Positions 19,211-26,876 of a stretch of 56,450 bases of DNA are shown one piece after another. Location: positions 1-56,450 of the IMG/VR virus record IMGVR_UViG_3300011115_000308. One strand, given 5' to 3'. The first letter of the stretch is position 1. Each line of letters begins with the position of its first letter. The notes under the pieces are model-generated. The model made no database searches. It was not told where the DNA came from and saw only the letters and a list, made by a program, of their open reading frames with translations. Both the position numbers and the translations under genes were made by a program. The DNA is from a virus. Lineage: Duplodnaviria; Caudoviricetes.

Positions 19211-19518
19211 TACCGAATGCCCGCTTGTACAATGTACGCTGTAACTGTTCCAGAGCCTGATGTGACGTTGATCGACAAGGCGTGGTGCGGGACCGTAATG
19301 GAACCATTGGCCGCTGCCGTTTTGGCTGAGAAGCCAGCGTCAACGGCCCAAACCGAAGGCGTTCCAGTGGACGGATCGTCCATTGAAATTTCAATGTTGA
19401 AGGTTGCTGTGCCAGATACGGTCGCAACAATACCGACATTGAAGGGATTCTGGAAGCTGTCAGACGCGATGACTGTGCTGCGACCAGTTCCTGTTTTAGA
19501 AATCGTGACGGGTGTCAT
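19210..19518 (-). CDS. Small beta-rich virion protein
   Basis: AGGAG SD. 102 aa, Ser/Thr-rich. Confidence 0.6.
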   Translation of the reverse strand: MTPVTISKTGTGRSTVIASDSFQNPFNVGIVATVSGTATFNIEISMDDPSTGTPSVWAVDAGFSAKTAAANGSITVPHHALSINVTSGSGTVTAYIVQAGIR

Positions 19519-19564
19519 CCTGCGTCTCCTGTTAAGGGAGGGGGGCTGTTAAGCCCCCCCTCTA

Positions 19565-19741
19565 TTACTTTACCTTGGCAGCGGCTGCCGACATCAATGG
19601 CATACCATGAACGGCCTGACCACCAATGACATTCTTGCTGCCAGTGGTGACGTGGGCGCTGGTATCTTCCGTCTTAGAAGGCTTTCCCACCGAAACAGTG
19701 GTCTTGACCGACATGGCGGGCTTTTTATTACCTACACGCAT
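19565..19741 (-). CDS. 58-aa basic hypothetical protein (below ORF-track cutoff)
   Basis: MRVGNKKPAMSVKTT...MSAAAAKVK. TAAATG junction with the upstream gene, fills the gap. Confidence 0.55.
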   Translation of the reverse strand: MRVGNKKPAMSVKTTVSVGKPSKTEDTSAHVTTGSKNVIGGQAVHGMPLMSAAAAKVK

Positions 19742-20196
19742 TACACGGTATCGTGCTGTGGAATGTAACGGACAGTCAAGGTGCCAACGCCTGTGCCAGT
19801 GTTTGCGGACAGAACAAAGATACGCTTGCCAGTGACGGTATCATCCCAGTTGCCTGTGCGCGTAGCGTCTGTGCCTGGTGTCAGGGAGATCAAACCAATC
19901 GTACCGCCAGCGGCGGCAGAGACAAGCTCTGTGGATGTTTCGCTTGTGCCAACACTAAACGTGGTCGCAGCGCCGTTCCACACTGTGGTGACCAGCATCT
20001 GGATGTTCAAGATGTGGCTGTTGGCCGGAAGCACGATGGTTGTACCCAACGCGGTGGCGGTCAAAGCTTGAGTGATTGGAACAGTCTGCACCATGACAAC
20101 CGAGCCAACGTTCTTGACGTTGCTGCCAATTGTGGTGCCGGAGGTATTGAGGATGTCGCCCGAACGGACGGGGCCTGTAAACGTAGTCTTACCCAT
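19741..20196 (-). CDS. Virion structural (decoration/spike-like) protein
   Basis: Start revised to ATG 20196 (MGKTTFTGPVRSG). Directly follows the capsid gene. Confidence 0.6.
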   Translation of the reverse strand: MGKTTFTGPVRSGDILNTSGTTIGSNVKNVGSVVMVQTVPITQALTATALGTTIVLPANSHILNIQMLVTTVWNGAATTFSVGTSETSTELVSAAAGGTIGLISLTPGTDATRTGNWDDTVTGKRIFVLSANTGTGVGTLTVRYIPQHDTV

Positions 20197-20280
20197 TTTG
20201 GGTTCCTTTGCACGATGTAGCCGCACTGTCTGTGCAAAGTCCGCTGGGCGCGGTCAGGGCGGCAATAAGACCCAGAGAGA

Positions 20281-20308
20281 AGGAAAGAAGGGGGCCGAAG
20301 CCCCCTTC
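20281..20308 (-). terminator. Rho-independent terminator after the major capsid gene
   Basis: GAAGGGGGC-TTCG-GCCCCCTTC then TTTCCTT. Confidence 0.75.
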
Positions 20309-20317
20309 AATTTAGTT

Positions 20318-21229
20318 TTACGAAGGTGTCGAACCGAAGACCGAACGCCAGTTATAGTAGGCGAACGAATAACGCTCATAACCCTTTACAAGCAGGTTAT
20401 CTGTAACAAAATCCACTTGCATATCCGTTTCAAACTTAACCCGTTCCATATAAGACAAACCATCAATGTTTGTCAAGAGGAACCAAGCGGATGCAGAGGT
20501 GAAGAAGTCGTTGACCATGTAGCCCTCTGGCAGACCGCCAGCGGTGGACATGATCGCGTTGACATCGTTGTCAGCCGTGCCTGGGCGCAGTTCCGTCTTC
20601 AGCAGGCGGATGGCTACGGGTTCCAGAGCGGCAGGAACGATCAGCTTACGGCCACGGGCGAAGACCTTCAGGCCAGCCTGATCGCGGAACTGGGTACGAA
20701 TAGCGATCATGCCGTTCAGCAGGGTCGATTCGTTCAGTTCCACTTGGATCGTGGGAGTGTTGGCAACCACACCGCCGTCAATGGGGTGGCTCAACGACAG
20801 CAGTGCCACACCGTCACCACCGATGGACGAGTTGTAGGTCGTCGCGGTGTTGAAGATGTTTGCCGCGTAGATTTCCTTGGTCTGGTTGAAGCTTTCAATC
20901 AGGCCGAGGTTTGACGGCTGGAACTGTGTTTTGTACAAGTTGTCGTCAATGGCCTTGCGGGTGATAGCGTACCCCAGACCGATTTCGACGTGTTCTTGGT
21001 TGTAGATGTAACGTTCGCCAGCGCCGTTATCGAAGGAGGTTTGGCCACCCTCGGTCTTCAGTTGTGCGAAGCCCAAGAAGCGCATCTCAGCGGTGCGTTC
21101 CAGCGCCATCTTCGAATTGTGCTTGGTGAACATCTTGTCGTACTGAGATGGGATCATCTCGTACTTGCCCTCAATCCCACGGAGGCCGGGGAGCAGAAGG
21201 TCTTTAATCGCAGAAAGATTAACAGCCAT
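20318..21229 (-). CDS. Major capsid protein (Mu gpT-like, HK97 fold)
   Basis: LLPGL, LGYAITRKAIDDNLY, GGDGVAL..HP, AWFLLT and YERYSF...WR..FG motifs. Strong SD and downstream terminator. Confidence 0.85.
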   Translation of the reverse strand: MAVNLSAIKDLLLPGLRGIEGKYEMIPSQYDKMFTKHNSKMALERTAEMRFLGFAQLKTEGGQTSFDNGAGERYIYNQEHVEIGLGYAITRKAIDDNLYKTQFQPSNLGLIESFNQTKEIYAANIFNTATTYNSSIGGDGVALLSLSHPIDGGVVANTPTIQVELNESTLLNGMIAIRTQFRDQAGLKVFARGRKLIVPAALEPVAIRLLKTELRPGTADNDVNAIMSTAGGLPEGYMVNDFFTSASAWFLLTNIDGLSYMERVKFETDMQVDFVTDNLLVKGYERYSFAYYNWRSVFGSTPS

Positions 21230-21242
21230 TTCCTATTGCTCC

Positions 21243-22196
21243 TTACATGCCAGCGAAGTTGCGGGGCATAGCGTTGTTGAAGCCGACCACGATCTTGTTG
21301 TAGCCGGACGTTGCATCGTTACCGTTGACGCCCGAAAGTGGAGCGGCTTGACCCGGCAAGTAGTTTGCCAGAGCGATGATGCGGAACGGGAGCGCAGAGT
21401 TTGCGCCAGTCACACCAGCCGAGGACAGCGTGAATTGGTCAGCAAACATGGTTGAGAGGCCGTTGGCGGTGTTGCCATTGGTTTCGGCGGTGGTGACGCT
21501 GTCGTTCCAGTTGAACCCGATGTTCTCGCCGACTTGAGCTTGACCCACTGCCGTTGCGGTAGTGTTCGAGTTTGCCGTCTGCACAATAAAGCGCGCATTC
21601 GGGTCGGTAATGACATAGGCTTCCACATCGTTTGAAGTGTCCGAACCAGGCCAGTAGTTCGACCAGACGGTGCGCTTCTGAGCGGTGGACAGGTACTTGC
21701 AGCCAGCAAACACGCCAGCGACAGGGGTGTACACGGTAACCACGGGGGTCGAGGTTGCCGAAGTTGCAGCGGCAACGCCAGTGCTTTGAACCACAACAGT
21801 CGTGGCGGTTGCCGAGATGATTGTGAACACACCGTTCGGGACGCCAGTAGCGTTGCTTATAACCACAACACCGCCCACGGGGGGCGCGTAAGTGGTTGAG
21901 GCAAAAGTCGGGATGTTGGCGGTGCTGGACGAGATTGCCGTGTAGGTGATCGTCATCGCGCCAGTGGCGACAGTGGCGATACCAGTTGCAGACACGGTCA
22001 GGGTGACGGGGCCAGTTGCCTGAGTGATATAGCCAGTGCCCACGCCAGTGGCGTTGTAGGCCTGCATGACCGGATCATTCAAGAAGATTGGGGTCGTATT
22101 GCTCGACACAATGGCAGCCATCGTCTGCTCATAAGTCGGCGAAGAACCAGCACCAGAGTACTGGGCAAAACCGTTTGGCGCAAAGGTGTTCGCCAT
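21243..22196 (-). CDS. Capsid decoration/cement-like protein
   Basis: Start revised to ATG 22196 (MANTFAPNGF). GVFAGCKY and YVITDPN motifs. Immediately upstream of the capsid gene. Confidence 0.6.
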   Translation of the reverse strand: MANTFAPNGFAQYSGAGSSPTYEQTMAAIVSSNTTPIFLNDPVMQAYNATGVGTGYITQATGPVTLTVSATGIATVATGAMTITYTAISSSTANIPTFASTTYAPPVGGVVVISNATGVPNGVFTIISATATTVVVQSTGVAAATSATSTPVVTVYTPVAGVFAGCKYLSTAQKRTVWSNYWPGSDTSNDVEAYVITDPNARFIVQTANSNTTATAVGQAQVGENIGFNWNDSVTTAETNGNTANGLSTMFADQFTLSSAGVTGANSALPFRIIALANYLPGQAAPLSGVNGNDATSGYNKIVVGFNNAMPRNFAGM

Positions 22197-22325
22197 GTCG
22201 GAAATCTCCTTTTCAGGAGGTCCATTCATCGCGCACCGAGGCGAGTCTAGAACCGGGGAATTGTGCAATCTCCCACACCGAGGGGAGATAAGGTTACAAT
22301 ATACATGATTTTGTGTGCTTGTCTA
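22197..22325 (-). promoter_or_regulatory. Capsid-operon promoter and structured 5' leader
   Basis: TAGACA-16 bp-TATATT. Two hairpins with CTCGGTGY loops. SD paired in CTCCT-GAAA-AGGAG. Confidence 0.55.
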
Positions 22326-22327
22326 GC

Positions 22328-22432
22328 GGGTGGTTGATTGGCCGTCTTTCCGGCCTGTCATTCCTCTAAGGAAAGCCCCAACCACGAAGCTCCTCAAAAC
22401 GGATCAAAGAAAAGGATCAAACGTCAGGAGTG
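22328..22432 (-). ncRNA. Candidate structured small RNA (about 105 nt)
   Basis: Own promoter at 22438-22466. Stems CTCCT/AGGAG, GTGGTTG/CAACCAC, TTCCT/AGGAA and GGCCG/CGGCC. No plausible ORF. Confidence 0.5.
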
Positions 22433-22437
22433 CAGCT

Positions 22438-22466
22438 TTTCTACTCTTTGCGTGGGGTTGTGTCAA
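22438..22466 (-). promoter_or_regulatory. Sigma70-like promoter upstream of the candidate sRNA
   Basis: TTGACA-17 bp-TAGAAA. Confidence 0.6.
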
Positions 22467-22596
22467 CAACTGGCATGAACACCGACACATGAGGTTCCAG
22501 TTTGTCCCAAGCTTCTTGGACGGCGGGCGTCCCCTCTGATCTGATGACCTTACGGAGACGCTCTATGTATTTGTAGATGGTGATGGGCTTAATCAT
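22441..22596 (-). CDS. 51-aa hypothetical protein (below ORF-track cutoff)
   Basis: MIKPITIYKYIERLRKVIRSEGTPAVQEAWDKLEPH... ATGA overlap with the upstream stop. Confidence 0.6.
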   Translation of the reverse strand: MIKPITIYKYIERLRKVIRSEGTPAVQEAWDKLEPHVSVFMPVVDTTPRKE

Positions 22597-23106
22597 TCGG
22601 GGATCGGGATCGCCTCGTACTTCTTGCTGATCTTGACCAGTGGGTCGCCCTTGTTGGTGCGCTCAAACTCGCCATTTCTGGACGGCTGAGACAACTGAGC
22701 TTCCTTGTCACGCATCTGCATACGCGCCTTGCGAAGTTCCGCGTTGCGGGCATCTTGGGTGATTTCCAGCGGACGCTCCATCAGCACCATGCCCTTGCGG
22801 GTGATTTCCCCGCCCTTGTATCCCATTGGCATCAGTTCGGGGTGACGTGACGCGGGAACGCTTTCCCAGCCCTTACGGGCCAGCGCCACTTGGTGGGCGG
22901 GGTCTTCAGCGCCGAGGATCGTGCGGGTTTTCCATTCGTAGGACCATCCGTCTGGGATTATGCCCAGTTCAATGTAATATTCGTCGGTGCCAGTGTCGTT
23001 TAGATCAGCGGCGTGTCTATTTAGTTCCGCTGTCCGGCGGTCGGCGCGTTCGCGCGGGCTTTCCTCTGCGGGGGGGGGCGGGGCGCATTTCGGGGCGAAG
23101 TGTCAT
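22593..23106 (-). CDS. Head-morphogenesis-region protein with apparent frameshift in a 9-nt homopolymer
   Basis: The frame of 22593-22889 stays open and protein-like (EESPRERA...IPDGWSYEWK) up to 23102. The ATGs at 23106 and 23088 are one base out of frame across the run at 23070-23078. Confidence 0.6.
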
Positions 23107-23935
23107 TGAATTTTCCCTTCCTTTTTGAGGGCCACTTGTTCTTGGCATAATCCTCTGGTTTCATTCCCATCATCTCTGCCATTTCTCGTTCGGCGGCAGA
23201 AAGACGTACCACGTTGGAGCTTCTAGACTGATCCCCGCGATTAGAAGGCGCAGCCGCTGGTGCCGCATCTCGCCTTTGTACCACCTTTGCTGCGTACTGA
23301 TCATTGGTGTCGCTTTGAACGTTGCGCGACCCAATTTTCAGTGTGTCCTCAATTGCCGAGAAGTAATCATCGCTGTCAGTGGGGATACCATCTGCAACCG
23401 CAAGGTTGTGGGCGGCAAGCATTTTGGCATTCAGGCGCGCATCACGCACAAATTCAGGGTGACGGCGCACCCAGTCTGCACTGCGCGGCGACAATTGCGA
23501 TGCAAACGCCTCCACGGGGTCAGCCGGAGGTAGTTGCGGCTCCGGTTCGCGCGGTGCGCTTTCCATTGCCTGCCGACCGTTGTTTAACTGAAGCAATTTG
23601 GCTTCGTGGGACGACATTTCCCGTTGAATCTTGGTCGCGCGGTCAAAATCACCATTCTGCAAGGCGTAAGTGTGCGCTTGGCTAAGGAGTTCAATGTCCC
23701 GATTGACCGTGTCGATGGCATTTACCACCAGTTGGAAGTTTGTCTCGTCCACTTCGTTGCGTGAGCGGTGAACAACAACGGCAGCCTCATGCACTTGGCG
23801 TTCGGCGTGTATTCTTGCCGACCGTTCCGCGTCCAGTTGTCGCTTGAGGTCGGTAATATACGCGGGTTCGTCATCTTGAGACGCTTCCGTTTCCTCTACG
23901 GGCAGTACAAGAGTGATGTCTTCTTCGTTTTCCAT
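23021..23935 (-). CDS. Capsid scaffolding protein (true stop possibly 23103)
   Basis: Acidic N-terminus, coiled coil, VVRLSAAEREMAEMMGMKPEDYAKNK. The adjacent frame continues VALKKEGKIQ-stop. Confidence 0.65.
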   Translation of the reverse strand: MENEEDITLVLPVEETEASQDDEPAYITDLKRQLDAERSARIHAERQVHEAAVVVHRSRNEVDETNFQLVVNAIDTVNRDIELLSQAHTYALQNGDFDRATKIQREMSSHEAKLLQLNNGRQAMESAPREPEPQLPPADPVEAFASQLSPRSADWVRRHPEFVRDARLNAKMLAAHNLAVADGIPTDSDDYFSAIEDTLKIGSRNVQSDTNDQYAAKVVQRRDAAPAAAPSNRGDQSRSSNVVRLSAAEREMAEMMGMKPEDYAKNKWPSKRKGKFNDTSPRNAPRPPPQRKARANAPTAGQRN

Positions 23936-23946
23936 CTTTTTTCCCT

Positions 23947-24336
23947 TCAGTACACGGAATCGGGGTCTTGGACCCGACCCTTGATGTAAATGTCGTCAAA
24001 GATACGGCACAGGACGTTATTCACGGTGATTGACCACCCTTCGGACGGGCGAAAGATCAGCCAATCATGTTCTTTGAACTCCATGCTTTCAAACCATGTG
24101 CCGTCTTGTTCAAACGCCTTGGGGCCGCGCTTGACCAGAAGACCTACCTTTGATTGGTACTTGTCTTCGTCAACGTGGCTATCCGTCAGGATCAAGCCGC
24201 TTTTTGTTTTAGTTGGGCGTAAATAAGTGGCTAAAAGCACTTGATTGTGGAACAGTTCTATATTAGAAATGTCTCCAAGTGCATCTAGGATGGTTTGTTT
24301 TGGGTCTTGTTCGTGCAACATGGGCATATGCGGCAT
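23947..24336 (-). CDS. groES: Phage co-chaperonin GroES (Cpn10-like)
   Basis: Mobile loop KTKSGLILT, VGLLVKRGP.AF and terminal DD..I.G.V. Start revised to ATG 24336. Confidence 0.8.
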   Translation of the reverse strand: MPHMPMLHEQDPKQTILDALGDISNIELFHNQVLLATYLRPTKTKSGLILTDSHVDEDKYQSKVGLLVKRGPKAFEQDGTWFESMEFKEHDWLIFRPSEGWSITVNNVLCRIFDDIYIKGRVQDPDSVY

Positions 24337-24346
24337 GGTTAATCCT

Positions 24347-24553
24347 TCAGAGGGTTTTGTTGACGACTGTCTGTGCATCGTCGCACAGTTCGATGACCAT
24401 ATCCAACGCGGCGATCCTACCGACCGCCTCGCGGTATTGTTCTATGGTCGTGATTGAATGCCCCCCAACAATGTTGGTGGCAATGTGATGTCGTTCTTCG
24501 CTTATCAGCCTACGAAGCTCGCGTTCGAAAACGCTGCTTGCCGTCTGGATCAT
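24347..24553 (-). CDS. Small helical hypothetical protein
   Basis: EQYREAVGRIAALD amphipathic helix. Upstream of groES. Confidence 0.55.
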   Translation of the reverse strand: MIQTASSVFERELRRLISEERHHIATNIVGGHSITTIEQYREAVGRIAALDMVIELCDDAQTVVNKTL

Positions 24554-24633
24554 TCTAATCACTCATCATTGGTGTAGCCCCCGACGCACTAGGATACGCC
24601 GGAGGCCACGATTAGGCGCAGGGAGGGCGCGCC

Positions 24634-26859
24634 TTATGCGTTCTTACCATACTTATCAACTTTTTCAAGGCGGCCCTTACCGGAGCCAGCCCCAAACTGC
24701 ATTTTGGGGTAAACCTTACCACCAGACTTCCGTCCCATCATAGGCTCAGGGCCTCCTGCGGGGGGCAGGCCAGCGGCACCAGCCATTGCGTCACCAAGGC
24801 CAGGGGGAACGCCACCACCCATTGGAGGGGGCGGAGGTGCCATTGGGGGCGGACCACCAACGGGTGGCATCATCGGCGGCATTTGCGATTCAATGCCGTT
24901 CTCTGGCTTGTTGGCATTATGCGGCATGACGTTGATGCTGATGTTTGTGGTGCCCTTGGTACGGCCACCAGTTGCACGGCCCATGCGGCCACCGCCACTC
25001 TTGTAGCCAGCCGAACCGCCGCAAGCTTTGCACATGCAGCCCTTCTCATGCGCCTCTTCAACCTTGCCCCCTGCCTTAAAACCGCCAGCCTTTTTAGCAT
25101 TGCTGGCAGCTAGGGCTTGCCCCGTAAACCCTGGTTTAGACGTAGGGGTTCCCATAGGCTGTGCCTGTTGGGGCATACCCATGGGGCGCGCTTGTTGGGG
25201 CATACCCTTATTGTACATCACGCCCGGGATCATTGGAGCGCCGCCCGTCATGTCTGTTTTGCCGCCCATTGGGCCTTGGCCGCCAAACATACCTTTTCGA
25301 CCACCACCTTGAGGACCACCCATTGGCATTGGTTGACCGCCAAACATGCCTCGTTGGCCACCGCCCATTGGGGCGTCCATTGGACCTTGACCGCCAGACA
25401 TACCTTGTTGGACACGTTGTTGGGCACGTTGTTGGGCTTGTTGGATACGTTGTAAATCCGGCATCTGCTGACCGCCACCCATGCCTTGTTGCGGTAGACC
25501 CATGCCTTGTTGGGCACGTTGGTCTTGTTGGGCTAGTTGCCGCGCCATATCTTGCTGCATTTGTTGTAAAAATTGCGGTGACGGTTGTTGGCCGCCACTC
25601 ATTTGATTTGTGTTCGTCTGCGTTTGCATAGGCATCTGCTGACCGCCACCCATTTGCGGTTGTGCATAAAGGCCGCGTATTGTGTCCATCGGCATTTGCC
25701 CAAATGCACCACCACCTGCCTTGCCGATGCGGCCACCCTTGTTCAGGTTCTTCATCGACTGTTGCTTGTCGTGCTTGTCGTCAGCCTTGGAAGCTTCCCA
25801 CTCGGCCATCGTCATCTTGCGCTTGTCAGCAAGCTTCTTGTCTTGCATCTGGTCCTTGGCGGAACCCTCAAACTTCTCAGCCTTGCCACCTTTTTTGTAG
25901 CCGCTGTAGTTACTATTCCCAGTTGAGCTATCGCGGTCAAGCCAACTACCTGCGCCATTTGGGGCAGGATGATGACCCATGCGCGGGGCTTTTGGAATAG
26001 GTGCAGGACCAACCCGACCTTTTAGGCGCTTGTCCCCAGCAGCGGCGGCTGCATCTAAAGCCGCACTTGCTTTTTCTTTAGCAATCATGTCCAAAATGCG
26101 GCCCTGATCTGCGGTTTGTATTAGATTGTGGATAGCCTTGTGCTTGGCAAAGTCCTTGGCAGCAATTTTATCCTGTGTTGCACTTTTAGCGTTATTAAGC
26201 TGTTTTTGGTCAAACCCACGCGCATTTGCGGAACGCTTCATCTGAAAAACGTTCATGTTTCCCTCAATGCCGTCGGTCGTTACCCCACCTTTTTTCAAGC
26301 CAGCGGGACGCTTTGGCGGGCGCATTTGGAAGTCAGCTTCAGACGGAACGCCGTCTTGCTCAGAATCGCCAACGCCTTCATAAATTTCAAGAGAAGACGG
26401 GCGCTTCTTGGGGCGCATTGATTTTTTTTCTGCATCCTCTTCGGCAGCCAAATCGGGGAACATCTTGCGCCACTTGGCGTGATCTTCTTCCTTCATTGCC
26501 ATTTGGCCGCTGTCAGCACCACCGCCACCAGCCTTCTTGACCATGCCGCCCTTTTTGAAGCCACCAACGTGCTTGACGCCATCGCGCTCTTCGTTGGCAG
26601 TCTTTTGGTCGGTGTTGGCCAGACCAATCTTGCCGCCATTCATGCGCGGGGTGCGGGATAGGTTGCTCTTGGCCGTTACGCCTTCAACCGTACCGCCAGC
26701 CTTAAACGCGCGGCGGGAGATCGGGCGCATACCCGTCTTGGCATCTGCGTTTAGCTTTTCTGCGGGAGTGAAAGTGGAGCTGTCCACTTTGCCCCCAGAG
26801 CTTTCAATCATGCTCTGGGCCTTCTTGTTTTTTGCTGCGCGCAGCGCCTTGAAATCCAT
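24634..26859 (-). CDS. Low-complexity basic putative internal head protein with many xGG motifs
   Basis: 741 aa, rich in K/G/M/Q/P. About ten K-x-G-G-type motifs. In the head operon. Confidence 0.6.
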   Translation of the reverse strand: MDFKALRAAKNKKAQSMIESSGGKVDSSTFTPAEKLNADAKTGMRPISRRAFKAGGTVEGVTAKSNLSRTPRMNGGKIGLANTDQKTANEERDGVKHVGGFKKGGMVKKAGGGGADSGQMAMKEEDHAKWRKMFPDLAAEEDAEKKSMRPKKRPSSLEIYEGVGDSEQDGVPSEADFQMRPPKRPAGLKKGGVTTDGIEGNMNVFQMKRSANARGFDQKQLNNAKSATQDKIAAKDFAKHKAIHNLIQTADQGRILDMIAKEKASAALDAAAAAGDKRLKGRVGPAPIPKAPRMGHHPAPNGAGSWLDRDSSTGNSNYSGYKKGGKAEKFEGSAKDQMQDKKLADKRKMTMAEWEASKADDKHDKQQSMKNLNKGGRIGKAGGGAFGQMPMDTIRGLYAQPQMGGGQQMPMQTQTNTNQMSGGQQPSPQFLQQMQQDMARQLAQQDQRAQQGMGLPQQGMGGGQQMPDLQRIQQAQQRAQQRVQQGMSGGQGPMDAPMGGGQRGMFGGQPMPMGGPQGGGRKGMFGGQGPMGGKTDMTGGAPMIPGVMYNKGMPQQARPMGMPQQAQPMGTPTSKPGFTGQALAASNAKKAGGFKAGGKVEEAHEKGCMCKACGGSAGYKSGGGRMGRATGGRTKGTTNISINVMPHNANKPENGIESQMPPMMPPVGGPPPMAPPPPPMGGGVPPGLGDAMAGAAGLPPAGGPEPMMGRKSGGKVYPKMQFGAGSGKGRLEKVDKYGKNA

Positions 26860-26876
26860 GGTGTGATCCTCTGAGG

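Noticed and set aside
22526-22561. Hammerhead-like GUC...CUGAUGA...GAGAC on the plus strand
   Set aside because: Stem I cannot form, GAAA is GAGA, and the segment lies within a coupled 51-aa minus-strand ORF.
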